Positions 21,426 through 34,330 are shown, counted from the first letter of the whole stretch. The stretch: DNA of 63,977 nucleotides, filler included, from an uncultured bacterium (GCA_964372275.1; 7 parts of 7 records of this genome joined end to end with filler, not necessarily neighbours in it), one strand, 5' to 3'. A program made the numbers and translations. The notes: generated from the sequence alone by a model not told the origin.

Positions 21426-21980
21426 CTATCGCGCGACGGACCGGGCGCTCGACGACGAGACCTTGCCGGCCCCGGCCGTGACTTCGAGCTCCACGCGCCG
21501 GTTCTTCGCCCACGTCTCCTCGTCGTGACCGGGGACCGCCGGCTTCTCCTCGCCGAAGGAGACGACCTCGAGGCGCGAGGCCGGGATCCCCATCGAGACC
21601 AGGAAGGAGCGCACCGCCATGGCGCGGCGCTCGCCGAGGGCGAGGTTGTAGTCGGTCTCGCCGCGCTCGTCGGCGTGGCCTTCGACCCGAACCGTCACGT
21701 CCGGGTTGTCGATCAGCACGCTCGAGTTCCCGCGCAGTCCAGCCTTGGCGTCGTCGGTGAGGAGGTACGAATCGGTGTCGAAGTAGATCGTCGCCAGCGA
21801 CACGGTCTCCTTCGGATCGGGCAGTCCGTTGCGGATCTCCTCGGCGGGCCGGCCGGTGGCGACTTCGGTCGTCGAGGCCTCGGGAGCGGCCGGGGCGTTC
21901 GTCGCCGCCGGCTTGGTTTTGCGGCAGGCGGCGACCGTGGCCAGTGCGGCGATGGCGAGTACGACCCCAAATTGCCTCAT
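21426..21980 (-). CDS. pal: Peptidoglycan-associated lipoprotein (OmpA family)
   Basis: Lipobox VAAC; IYFDTD, EGHADERG..DYNLALGERRA, SFGEEKP, KNRRVE. Confidence 0.93.
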   Translation of the reverse strand: MRQFGVVLAIAALATVAACRKTKPAATNAPAAPEASTTEVATGRPAEEIRNGLPDPKETVSLATIYFDTDSYLLTDDAKAGLRGNSSVLIDNPDVTVRVEGHADERGETDYNLALGERRAMAVRSFLVSMGIPASRLEVVSFGEEKPAVPGHDEETWAKNRRVELEVTAGAGKVSSSSARSVAR

Positions 21981-22280
21981 CACAAAGCCTCCAGGTGGGC
22001 GGTTTCGAAGGACTTTTCTTTTTCAGCCTAGGCCCTACCGGCCCCGGCCGTCAAGCGGATAAACCCCGGTCATCTCGACGCATTCCGCGCAATCGTCGCG
22101 TCCGCGAAAGGGACGGGCTCCGCGCGTCGCGCACGCCGTCCCATCCGGTAGTCGGCGTTCGATTCGCCGCTACATGGCGAGAAGGCGTCCCAGAGCCGCC
22201 GCGACGGGGCGATCCCCTCGAATCTCCAGGGTCTCGAGGCGCGCGCGCAGGTGGCCCCGCGGTTGCTCTCCGTCGGTCGA

Positions 22281-22312
22281 TTGACAACGCGTGTGAATGA
22301 GCGATCATTCAC
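22281..22312 (+). promoter_or_regulatory. Sigma70-type -35 box followed by a palindromic operator
   Basis: TTGACA at 22281-22286; perfect inverted repeat GTGAATGA-gcga-TCATTCAC at 22293-22312. Confidence 0.7.
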
Positions 22313-22336
22313 GACCCGTTTTCGGAGGAGGGGACG

Positions 22337-23581
22337 ATGCGTCGATCCAGGATTGCGGCGAGTCTCGTCGCGCTCGTCGTTTCGGGATGCAATCAGAACG
22401 GGATCGTCACCGCGGGGGACGCGGGCGGGGAAGGGACCGGCCGGGAGCTTCCGCCGCTCGTCCCGGCCCAAGACGTCCCGATCCCGGATCCGGTTCCGAC
22501 CTGGGTTCAGCTCGGCGCGGGGAACATCCACTCCTGCGCGCGCCGCTCCGACGGCGAGGTGCGATGTTGGGGTGGTAACGACCGCGGTCAGCTCGGACTC
22601 GGCACGAGCGGTTACGAGGCCGGCTCGACGACTCCGGTGCCGGTGCTCGATCTCGGCGCCTCGGAGCACGTTTCGGGTGGCGACGACCTCACCTGCGCGG
22701 TGCGCGCCGGCGGCGGCGTCTCGTGTTGGGGGAGCAACGATCTCGGACAGCTCGGCGCCGGGGACCCGGGTCCCGGCGAGCTCGCGACGCTCCCCGTTCC
22801 GGTCGTCGGGCTGGAGAACGTGGTCGCCATCGTCGCTGGCGCGAACAACCACGCCTGCGCGCTCGACACGCCGGGTCGGGTCCATTGCTGGGGCGGGAAC
22901 GCGTCCGGTCAGCTCGGCAACGGTACGAACGAGAGCTCCAACGTCCCGACCGACGTCGTCGGGGTGAACGACGCCGTCGCCCTCGCCGCCGGCTACGCGC
23001 ATTCGTGCGCGCTGCGGGCGGGGGGAACGGTCGTCTGCTGGGGCGTGAACTCGCTCGGCCGGCTCGGAAACGGGACGCTCGAAAACGCGAACGCGCCGAC
23101 GACGGTGCTCGATCTCACCGACGCAGCGGCGATCGCGGTCGGCGCCACGCACAGCTGCGCCGTCCGCCAGAACGGTTCGGTCGTCTGCTGGGGGGAGAAC
23201 GGCCACGGCGAGCTCGGCGACGGCACCTGGATGGGGTACACCACCTCGCCCGTCGCGTCGCTGATCACCGAGGGGGCCGTCGAGATCACCGCGGGCGTGA
23301 ACCACAGCTGCGTCCTTCGTGAGGACGAGACGGTCGCCTGCTGGGGGCTGAACAACAGCGGCCAGCTCGGGATCGGGCTCACCAGTGTCTACTCCACCAA
23401 CGTCCCCACGCCGGTGGTCGGCCTCGCCGGCGTGCGCCAGGTGGAGGCCGGCGACTACCACACCTGCGCGGTGACCGACGCCGGGGCGGTCTATTGCTGG
23501 GGAAGCAACTATCGCGGCCAACTCGGAAACGAGAACCCGGCGGCGGCGTACTTCCCGGTGCAGGTCGCGGGACTGGAGTAG
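22337..23581 (+). CDS. RCC1-repeat lipoprotein
   Basis: Lipobox VVSGC; seven repeats HxCA....G.V.CWG.N..GQLG. Confidence 0.93.
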   Translation: MRRSRIAASLVALVVSGCNQNGIVTAGDAGGEGTGRELPPLVPAQDVPIPDPVPTWVQLGAGNIHSCARRSDGEVRCWGGNDRGQLGLGTSGYEAGSTTPVPVLDLGASEHVSGGDDLTCAVRAGGGVSCWGSNDLGQLGAGDPGPGELATLPVPVVGLENVVAIVAGANNHACALDTPGRVHCWGGNASGQLGNGTNESSNVPTDVVGVNDAVALAAGYAHSCALRAGGTVVCWGVNSLGRLGNGTLENANAPTTVLDLTDAAAIAVGATHSCAVRQNGSVVCWGENGHGELGDGTWMGYTTSPVASLITEGAVEITAGVNHSCVLREDETVACWGLNNSGQLGIGLTSVYSTNVPTPVVGLAGVRQVEAGDYHTCAVTDAGAVYCWGSNYRGQLGNENPAAAYFPVQVAGLE

Positions 23582-23681
23582 GTGGAGGGAGCCGGAGTCG
23601 GGGCCGGCGCCGGAGTCGGAGTCGGAAGGGATCGGGACGAGGGCGGTTCGAGTCCCACGCTCCCGGTGTAGGATCCCGACC

Positions 23682-25321
<1,640 letters not shown>

Positions 25322-25322
<1 letters not shown>

Positions 25323-28099
25323 TGCGGCGCCTCCTTCGGATCGGATGTCCGGCCACGGTGGCGTTCGCCGTCGCCTGCGCCATCCCCGAGCGCGACAACC
25401 CGAACGATCCGGCCAACAGCCCGCGGGCCGGGCTGGCCGTCTACGTCGGGACGGCGGGCGGTCCCAACATCGGCCGTCGCTCCGACGTCTTCGTCCTGGA
25501 CGCGTCCGGTTCCCACGATCCCCTCGACCGGGGACCGCTACGCTTCGAATGGGACGTCGACGGCGTCGACGACTTCGAAGAGACGGACCCGCCGACCTGC
25601 GCCTCCCCGGCGGAGACCGCGGCGCTGCCGTGCGTCACGACCTGCGGCCAGCCGCAGGTGCCGGGCGCCTGCCTGCGGGCGCGGCTCGTCGTCACCAGCG
25701 CCGATCTTCCGGCGCGCGTCGGAACGGTGGAGCGGGAGGTCCGGGTCCGGGCGGTGGAGGCGGGGGGCCGATTCTTCGACGACGCGTCGGTCTCGGCCTT
25801 CGTCCGCAACGAGGCGCCGGTCGTGGAGATGGGCGAAGACCTGTTCGTCCCCGATCTCACCGAGGAGACGGAGGTTCACCTTTCGGCGTGCGGCGGGCGC
25901 ACCGGACCGTGCAGCTCGTTCGATCCCGACGGCGATCCGGTCGTCTGGAGCTGGACGCGCCTCCGGGGGGATCCGGTGCTTCCGGCCGTCTCGACCGGCA
26001 GCGCCTACCTTTTCACCGCGCCGAGCCGGGAGCAGAGCATGCTCTTCGAGCTGCGCGCGAGCGACGGCCTCGCGGAGACCGTCGGCCTGGTGCGGGTGCA
26101 CGTCGGCTCGCAGTTGTGGCTGACCACGATCGATCCGACGGTGGTGTGGCGACTGTACGGCGACTTCCGGTCGGCACGGACCTACTACCCGAACTACGTG
26201 GCCGGTACCTCCGGTGCGCCCGAGACCTCCCTTCCGGAGGGTGGGGTCGCGGTCGGGGAGGACGATCGCGTCTGGGTCGGGATCTCGTTCCTCGACACCG
26301 CCGGACTTCTCGTGCGCGGGGACGTGGAGCTTCTGGAGGCCGATCCGGCCGGTCTCTCCCCGGTCGACTCGTGGTCCCAGGCTGGCGCGTTCGTCCCGAC
26401 GTCGATCGCCCCGTCCGGATCGGGGGCCTGCGCGGTGTTTCGAACCCACACCGATCCCGACGAAGGGGAGAGCTTCTCGCCCCCCAGCTTCTTCGCGCGA
26501 CTGGTTCCGGGAAGCGGCGTCGCCTCCGGGCCGACCTCGCTCGACCTCGGCGAAGAGCCGAAGTACGTGCTGCCGCGGCCGTCGGGTGAATGTTGGGCGG
26601 TGACCGGCGCGCTTCCGGAGGCTCCGGCGGGGGCTTCGGTCTATCGCCAATCGGGGACCGCGCTCACGCCGGTCGCGCTCGACGTGCTCGACGACGTCAC
26701 CGCCTCCACGATGACTCCCGACGGCTCGCTCTGGATCGCCGGACCCGACCCGAGCTGCGCCGGCGGCGCGGTGGAGCGCTACCCCGTCTCCGGCGGCGGC
26801 GAGCGCGTGGCGTGCCATCCGCGGAGCGTGGACGGGATCGCCGCGCACCCGGATGGCGGGGTCTGGATCCACGACGCCGAATCGCAGGAAGTGTGGCGCG
26901 TGACCGAGGACGGGGCGGCGACGCTGACCGACGCCCCCCTGGTCGGCCTGCCGGCGGACGGCTTCTTCCCGCGGGGCGAGCCGTCGTTCGTTTCCGACCC
27001 CGTCGCCCGCGACCTGTGGTCGATCGACGGATTCCAGGAGCGGATCGGCCGCTTCACGGCCGACGCCGACGGCTCGTTCCGGGACGTGGCGTTCGCCGAG
27101 TCCGAGCGCCTCCGGTTCGACTTCGGAGGGTTCGGAAGCTTTTCCACCGTGGCCATCGACCCGGGGAGGGGGCGCGCCATCGCCCCCGTGATCTCCCCGG
27201 GCTACGGCGGAACGGTCGTCCAGGTCCCGGCGCATCTCCGGATAGCGGAGAGGGTGTTTATCAGCTCGCCCTTCGTCTCCGTCGCGCCGGAGCCGACACG
27301 TGGAGATGCCTGGGTCTCCGACAACGGCGCGACGCTGGGATCGCTCCGGCGCCTGACCCTCGCCGGGGAGGTGCAGGCGACGACGGCGCTCGGCGGTGCG
27401 GCGTTCCATTCGGCGGCACAATCCGACGGCGGCACGTGGGTTGCGATCTCCACGCCGGATGGCGGTCGCCTCACCCGCGTGAGCCGCGATGGGGAGGTGC
27501 TGGCGAGCTGGTCCCCTCCGAGCGGCCTCCCCGTGACCGGCGTCGCCGGTCGGGAGGAGGACGGGTTCCTGTGCGCGCTGGCCGAGAGCGAAGACTTCAG
27601 CAGCAGCGAGCTGATTCGCCTCGATCTCGACGATCCGCAGACGACCGTTCCCCAGCCGGGCGGAGCGGGCGGCAGGGCCGTCCGCGCGACCGCGGACGGG
27701 TGCTGGTTCGCGTTCATCGACGGGTCGATCTTTCACTTCGACGGAACGACGCCCCAAGCGCTTCCGGGCGGTCCCTTCCCCAACGCGTTCTCGCTCGACG
27801 TCGACTTCGACGGGTCCGCCTGGTTCTTGAGCGACGTCGGCATCCGCTCGGCACCGCCCGGCGGTCCGGCGGTCGCCCGCCTCCCGGAGTTCGTCGACGG
27901 AGATGGCGAACCGATCGCGGCGAACGCCATCAACCTCCAGCGGCGATGCATTCCCGGCAGCTGTTCGGCTGCGGATCCGTTGCACGTCTGGATCTGGAGC
28001 TCGACGAGCGTCTACCGCCTGGACGACGACGGAAATACCCTCCAGGTCTACGACGTCCCGTTCATCGGGAACATCACCGGGCTCGAGATCCTCCCGTAG
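25322..28099 (+). CDS. Large lipoprotein with PKD/Ig-like and beta-propeller-like regions
   Basis: Lipobox AVAC; LDASGS.DP..FEWD and DPDGD..W.W PKD-like motifs; repeated PDG.xW.. blades; TGATG coupling to upstream gene. Confidence 0.75.
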
Positions 28100-28136
28100 C
28101 CCTCGACGCGCAACGACGGCGTCCGACGAAGGGGGA

Positions 28137-28496
28137 ATGACCTTCGACGAGGCCCTGCAGGCGACCGGCGCGGCCGTCGTGGTCGCGAACCAACGCGGAC
28201 TGATCACCTACGTCAATCCGACGTTCGAGACGTTGTTCGGATGGAGGTCCGGCGAGATCGTCGGACAGCCGATCGCGGTCTTGATGCCGGCCCGCTATCG
28301 CGACGCCCACCATCTGGGGTTTTCCCGGTACCTCTCGACCGGCGTGCCGACCCTCCTCGACCGGCCCTTGCGTCTGATGGCCGTCTCCAGGGAGGGCCGC
28401 GAGTTCGACACCGAACATCGGATCCTGGCCGAGCGCCGGGACGACGAGTGGGTCTTCCTGGCGCTCATCCGGCCGATCGACGGGAACGGGCGGTGA
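28137..28496 (+). CDS. Stand-alone PAS domain protein
   Basis: VVVANQRGLITYVN..FE.LFGW...EIVGQ....LMP PAS pattern. Confidence 0.88.
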   Translation: MTFDEALQATGAAVVVANQRGLITYVNPTFETLFGWRSGEIVGQPIAVLMPARYRDAHHLGFSRYLSTGVPTLLDRPLRLMAVSREGREFDTEHRILAERRDDEWVFLALIRPIDGNGR

Positions 28497-29572
28497 CCGA
28501 TCCGCTCTCCGTTCTCGTCGACCAGCTTCGCGCAACCCTTGCGAAGCTCGAGATATCGCTCTCCTACGTCGAGGACGGCATCGTTCTCACGGGGACGGAC
28601 GGCCGCGTCGAGTGGTGCAATTCGTCGTTCGATCGACTCGTCGGCCGGACGCACATCGAGATCGTCGGCAAGAGGCTGGTCGACCTGCTTCCGTTGAGGC
28701 GGCGCGGACGGGTGATTCCGGCGGCGGAGCACCCGGTGGCGAGGGCCCTCGGTCCGGGCGAGAAGGTTCGTGCGGAGTGCGAACTGGGGAGCGGAGACGG
28801 CGTCCACCCGGTGGAGATCACCGCCACGCGGGTCGGGTCGCCGTCCGGAGGAACGACGTCGCTGGTCGTGATCCGAAGCCGCGTCGAACGGCAGAGGTGG
28901 GTCGGAACGATCCGGTCGCTCGAGTCGCAGCTCGAGGCTGCCCGCGAGGAGAGCCAGGAGATCTGCGCGCTGATCGGCCGGCACGTCCAGGAGACGCTCG
29001 ACCTGGCGATGCGCTCGGTCGACGGGACTCTCGATACGCGCATGCCCGAGGATCGTCGCCGCGCGCAGGACGCCCTGCGCGCGCTACGGACGCGGGTCGA
29101 CGATCTCCTTCGCCTCGCCGACGTCGTTCGTCCCCCGCTCCGGCACGCCGACGTCGATCTCTCGGCGGTGAGCCGGGAGATCTCCGGGCATCTGGCACGG
29201 GAGGACCCCCAACGAAGGGCCGTCATTCTCGTTCCGGACGGATTGAGGGCGTCCGGCGATGCCTTCCGTCTGCGATTGGCGATGGAAACGCTCCTTCGCA
29301 GGGCCTGGAGCTCCACCCGGTCGCAGCGCCACACCCGGATCGAGGTCGGGCGCGCCGCGGTCGAAGACGAGATGGTCCTGTTCGTGCGGGACAACGGCCT
29401 CGGACTCGATCCGGCCTCCGACTCGCTGGCGTCGGTCCGGTGGATCGTCCGAAGGCACGGTGGTCGGATCTGGACCGATGCCGACGCCGGCGGGGGATCG
29501 ACGGTGTACTTCTCGCTTCCGGAGCCGAGCGAATCGGCCGTTTCGGTCGACGCCGCCGGTCGCGACGCGTGA
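28493..29572 (+). CDS. PAS-domain sensor with degenerate histidine kinase module
   Basis: PAS (DGRVEWCN), VDLSA, VRDNGLG, IVRRHGGRIW, GSTVYFSLP; H-, N-, F- and G2-boxes degenerate. Confidence 0.8.
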   Translation: MTDPLSVLVDQLRATLAKLEISLSYVEDGIVLTGTDGRVEWCNSSFDRLVGRTHIEIVGKRLVDLLPLRRRGRVIPAAEHPVARALGPGEKVRAECELGSGDGVHPVEITATRVGSPSGGTTSLVVIRSRVERQRWVGTIRSLESQLEAAREESQEICALIGRHVQETLDLAMRSVDGTLDTRMPEDRRRAQDALRALRTRVDDLLRLADVVRPPLRHADVDLSAVSREISGHLAREDPQRRAVILVPDGLRASGDAFRLRLAMETLLRRAWSSTRSQRHTRIEVGRAAVEDEMVLFVRDNGLGLDPASDSLASVRWIVRRHGGRIWTDADAGGGSTVYFSLPEPSESAVSVDAAGRDA

Positions 29573-29581
29573 CGCCGGCCG

Positions 29582-30007
29582 TCACTCCTCGCGCCACGCA
29601 CGGTCCCTCTTCACTCGGGCCCGCTGTTTCTTGGCGGCGATGCGGCGTTCCGTCGCCCCTCGGGACGGGGCCGTCTTGCGGCGACCCTTGGGGCGGGTCA
29701 GCGCCGACCGCACGATTCCGGCCAGCTTGGCGAGGGCGTCCTCCCGATTTCCGGCCTGCGTCCGGCCTCGGTTGGAGGTGACGACCAGCGACCCGTCGGC
29801 GGTGAGTCGTGTTCCCAGGCGATGCAGCAGCCATCGCCGGTCGGCGTCGCCGAGCGCGACGCTCGTCCCCGGCCGCCAGCGGACCTCGACCTTGGTCTCC
29901 ACCTTGTTGACGTTCTGCCCGCCCGGCCCTCCCGACCGCGAGAACGCCACCTCGATCTCCGCCGCCGGAATCGTGATTCGTTCGTCGATGGGGAGGTTCC
30001 GCGTCAG
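29582..30007 (-). CDS. arfB: Alternative ribosome-rescue peptidyl-tRNA hydrolase ArfB
   Basis: FSRSGGPGGQNVNKVETKV and basic tail; conserved N-terminus implies a start upstream of the GTG at 29950 (CTG at 30007). Confidence 0.92.
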   Translation of the reverse strand: MTRNLPIDERITIPAAEIEVAFSRSGGPGGQNVNKVETKVEVRWRPGTSVALGDADRRWLLHRLGTRLTADGSLVVTSNRGRTQAGNREDALAKLAGIVRSALTRPKGRRKTAPSRGATERRIAAKKQRARVKRDRAWREE

Positions 30008-30014
30008 GTAGCGC

Positions 30015-31248
<1,234 letters not shown>

Positions 31249-31348
31249 NNNNNNNNNNNNNNNNNNNNNNNNNNNNNNNNNNNNNNNNNNNNTTAATTAA
31301 TTAANNNNNNNNNNNNNNNNNNNNNNNNNNNNNNNNNNNNNNNNNNNN
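31249..31348. other. Artificial contig linker
   Basis: N runs with TTAATTAATTAA. Confidence 0.99.
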
Positions 31349-31546
31349 CGGGCCACGATGCGGAACATCCGGCAGAACCTCTTCTTCGCCTTCGTCTACA
31401 ACGTGCTCGGGGTCCCGATCGCCGCCGGACTGCTCTATCCCGCCTTCGGGATCCTGCTGAGCCCGATGATCGCCAGCCTGGCCATGAGCCTCTCTTCGGT
31501 GTCGGTCGTCGGCAACGCGCTGCGCCTGCGCCGCGCCCCGCTGTGA
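31349..31546 (+). CDS. copA: Cu+ P1B-type ATPase C-terminal fragment
   Basis: [34 protein letters not shown]. Confidence 0.92.
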   Translation, partial: RATMRNIRQNLFFAFVYNVLGVPIAAGLLYPAFGILLSPMIASLAMSLSSVSVVGNALRLRRAPL

Positions 31547-31597
31547 TGCCGGGGGCGGGGGCGGGTCCGTCGTATCATCGCCCCGGAGGGGGACGCC

Positions 31598-32260
31598 ATG
31601 ATGACCGCGCGCCTGCGGAAGCTGACCTTGACCGCGCACGTCACGACCTCGGTCGGTTGGCTCGGCGCGGTGGTCGCGTTCCTGGCGATCGGTATCGCGG
31701 CGCTCACCCGCCGCGACGACGGGTTCGTCCGGGGCGCCTACCTCTCGATGGACCTGATCGGGCAGCTCGTCATCGTGCCGTTGAGCCTCGCGGCGCTCTG
31801 CACCGGGCTCCTCCAGTCGCTGGGCACGCCGTGGGGCCTGTTCCGGCACTACTGGGTCCTCACCAAGTTCGGCCTGACCGTGGTGGCGACGGGGGTGCTG
31901 CTCCTGCATCAGTTCACCGCGGTCGCCGCCGCGGCGAAGCGGGCCGCGGCGACCGTTCCGGGCGAGATGCCCGACGTCGGAGGGCTCGGAGTGCAGCTCG
32001 TGGCCGACGCCGCCATCGCGGTGGTGGTGCTCTTGTTCACGACCCTGCTCTCGATCTACAAGCCGTGGGGTCTGACGAAACATGGCCGGCGCGCCCTGGC
32101 GGTGGAGCCGGCTTCGACGGCCGGTGGGACCGGCGCCACCGGGGCCGCCGACGCGCTTCCCGCGGGATTCCGGCTGTTCCTCACGATCGTCGGCCTTTTC
32201 GTCGCGGCCTTCGTCGTCATCCACCTGCTCGGCGGAGGGCTCGCTCGCCACGGACGATGA
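31598..32260 (+). CDS. DUF2269-like multi-pass membrane protein
   Basis: RKL.LTAHV..SVGWLG, TPWGLFRHYWV..K, LSIYKPWG. Confidence 0.78.
   Translation: MMTARLRKLTLTAHVTTSVGWLGAVVAFLAIGIAALTRRDDGFVRGAYLSMDLIGQLVIVPLSLAALCTGLLQSLGTPWGLFRHYWVLTKFGLTVVATGVLLLHQFTAVAAAAKRAAATVPGEMPDVGGLGVQLVADAAIAVVVLLFTTLLSIYKPWGLTKHGRRALAVEPASTAGGTGATGAADALPAGFRLFLTIVGLFVAAFVVIHLLGGGLARHGR
32224..32256 (+). repeat. 33-bp direct repeat, copy 1 (3' end of DUF2269-like gene)
   Basis: CCTGCTCGGCGGAGGGCTCGCTCGCCACGGACG, identical to 33128-33160. Confidence 0.95.
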
Positions 32261-32466
32261 CCCGCGTCCGTCCGAACGAATGAGGCGTCGTCGCCCCGCC
32301 AGGCCCAAGGGTCGGGAACCGTGGGTCCCAACCTCCCCGCGCGAACGCTTGGACCGCGCGCGAATTCCTTTGTATCCGCAACACGTTCCATCCCGGCACC
32401 TCGGACGCCGACCTTGGTACCCGGGATGCACAAAGGTGAGCGGGAGCTCGAACCGGGAGGAGCGCC

Positions 32467-33123
32467 ATGGTCGGGTCGTCGTGGATTTGCCTCATTCGGC
32501 GGCCGAGTCGCCGGTCGATGGCCGTTCTTGTGACCGTCGCGCTCGCGGCCACGACCCTTCGCGCGCAGAACGTCCACGCGGCGTCCGAAAACAGGCCGGA
32601 GTGGGCCGATCCGGAGGCGTTCGAAGTCGCCCGCCGGCTCGCAGAGGAACAGCGGGTGATCACGCGCTACAAGATTTTCGGTCGATCGCTGATGACCGTC
32701 GTTCCGGTGGTCTCGGTCGGTGTCGGCGCCTACACGCTGGGAATCGGCTATTTCGCCGTGGCCGCCGGATCGTTCCTCGCCGGAAACTTCATCGAGGATC
32801 ACGTGGTCGAGCTCGAGGGGAAGAGCGGCGCGACGCGGAGAGAGCTTCGCAGGCTCCTACGAAGGCGCCTCGGCCAACCGGATGTTCCCAGCCAGTGGAA
32901 TGCGTCGCAGCTCGATTCGATGAGTCGGATCCTGGAGCGGTCGGTCGAAAAGGACGTGAGCCGGGCGATCGAGCGCTACCTCGAGGCGGCGAAGCGGGCT
33001 TCCTCTCGCGGATGCAACGTGGGGCGCGACTCCGACACCGCTCCGGCGGAAAGCGTCGGCGCGCCGAGAGCGGCGGGCGGCCTGGGCCGGGGTGATTGCG
33101 TCGGCGTGGGGCTGGCGCGCTGA
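32467..33123 (+). CDS. Hypothetical membrane/secreted protein between the direct repeats
   Basis: ATG with GGGAGG SD; signal-like segment and Gly-rich hydrophobic hairpin. Confidence 0.6.
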   Translation: MVGSSWICLIRRPSRRSMAVLVTVALAATTLRAQNVHAASENRPEWADPEAFEVARRLAEEQRVITRYKIFGRSLMTVVPVVSVGVGAYTLGIGYFAVAAGSFLAGNFIEDHVVELEGKSGATRRELRRLLRRRLGQPDVPSQWNASQLDSMSRILERSVEKDVSRAIERYLEAAKRASSRGCNVGRDSDTAPAESVGAPRAAGGLGRGDCVGVGLAR

Positions 33124-33127
33124 ACGG

Positions 33128-33160
33128 CCTGCTCGGCGGAGGGCTCGCTCGCCACGGACG
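33128..33160 (+). repeat. 33-bp direct repeat, copy 2
   Basis: Identical to 32224-32256; followed by GTAG, which completes an in-frame Arg-stop. Confidence 0.95.
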
Positions 33161-33239
33161 GTAGGGGTCCGGGGAGACCCCGAAGGAGCCCGAAGGGCGG
33201 ACCGCTTGACGGGCGGCGGTGTCGCCCCATCGATGGCCC

Positions 33240-33701
33240 ATGGCACAGACCTACGAGCTCATCGACTACTACTACGTCCAGGCGAAGCGGAACGAGGTGC
33301 CGCGGATCCTCGAGACGCTCCGGCGCGAAGGGATCGACCTCTACGCGCTACACGCCTTCCCGGAGGGGAAGAAGGTCCAGATCGACGTCTCCCCGAAGGA
33401 CGCGCGGTCCCTGACGGCCTTGGCCCACCGCGAGAAGTGGAAGCTGACCGGGCCCAAGAAGGCGTTCGCCATGACCTCCGACGAGGACCGTCCGGGGATC
33501 GTCGCCGATCTCTACGAAAGCCTCGAGAAGCAGGAGATCGAGGTGACGGCGGCGTCGGCGATCGCCTGCGACGGTTGCTGTCACGCGCTGTTCTGGGTGC
33601 CCGAGGAAGAGGTGATGGCGGCGGCGAAGGTGCTCGATGCCACGCCACACGAAGAGGAGGAGATCCCGGCCGAATCGACCGAGACTCCGCCTCCGTCCTG
33701 A
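33240..33701 (+). CDS. Tandem ACT-domain-like protein
   Basis: Two beta-alpha-beta units; DRPGIVADLYESL...EIEVTAA ACT-like pattern. Confidence 0.65.
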   Translation: MAQTYELIDYYYVQAKRNEVPRILETLRREGIDLYALHAFPEGKKVQIDVSPKDARSLTALAHREKWKLTGPKKAFAMTSDEDRPGIVADLYESLEKQEIEVTAASAIACDGCCHALFWVPEEEVMAAAKVLDATPHEEEEIPAESTETPPPS

Positions 33702-33772
33702 CGGCCGACGGCCTCCGGCGCCGGCGCGGATCGAATGCCTCCGGTGATAACATTACCGGACGGAGGTGTTCG

Positions 33773-34291
33773 ATGCGTGACGCATGGCTGCGTTCGGCCG
33801 CGCTCCTCGTTTTCGCCGCCGGTTGTTCCTCGGAAGAGGAGACCGGCTGCGACCAGGAATGCAAGGACACCGACGTCGCTTACGCAATCGTCGCGACGTT
33901 GGTCGACGTCTTCAACGCCAATCTGGCCGGTCAGCCGGTCGGGTCGCAGAACGAGACGGCGAACTGCCCGGCGGGCGGGTCGGTGGTGATCACGGGAAGT
34001 ACCGGCTACTCCGAGCAGACGGAGATCACCACGCTCGACCTGACCTATTCGATGACCGGGTGCCACTATGTCAGCGGCGGGTACGACCTCACCTTCGACG
34101 GTTCGCTGACGGAAGAGGGCAGCTTCAGCGAAGGAAACATGAGTCTGGTGTACGCCAGCACATCGGTGACCTACGCCGGCACCGGCGGCTCGGCCGGTGC
34201 CTTGAACGACACCTGCTCCTTCACCTTCACCCGCAGCTACAGCGAGATCTCCGGCACCCTCTGCGGTCGCTCGTTCAGCTACATCTATTGA
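33773..34291 (+). CDS. Hypothetical lipoprotein (Ser/Thr/Gly-rich, Cys pairs)
   Basis: GGAGG SD; lipobox FAAGC; CPAGGSV..TG motif. Confidence 0.78.
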   Translation: MRDAWLRSAALLVFAAGCSSEEETGCDQECKDTDVAYAIVATLVDVFNANLAGQPVGSQNETANCPAGGSVVITGSTGYSEQTEITTLDLTYSMTGCHYVSGGYDLTFDGSLTEEGSFSEGNMSLVYASTSVTYAGTGGSAGALNDTCSFTFTRSYSEISGTLCGRSFSYIY

Positions 34292-34330
34292 GGAGGCCGT
34301 CAGGCCCGTCCGCCGTCGTCCTCGGCGGCG

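Noticed and set aside
21984..22280. 300-nt intergenic region as a possible ncRNA or riboswitch
   Set aside because: Only generic GC stems are visible and no family motif is recognised; an Rfam search would be needed.
23588..23640. GGAGYC hexamer run between the RCC1 and FHA genes
   Set aside because: Short, degenerate low-complexity spacer with no evident function.
25538..28207. 889-aa minus-strand ORF and similar long Arg/Pro/Gly-rich ORFs across the window (e.g. 42195-44861, 61589-63964)
   Set aside because: Shadow frames typical of very high GC; they overlap well-supported genes and carry no motifs.
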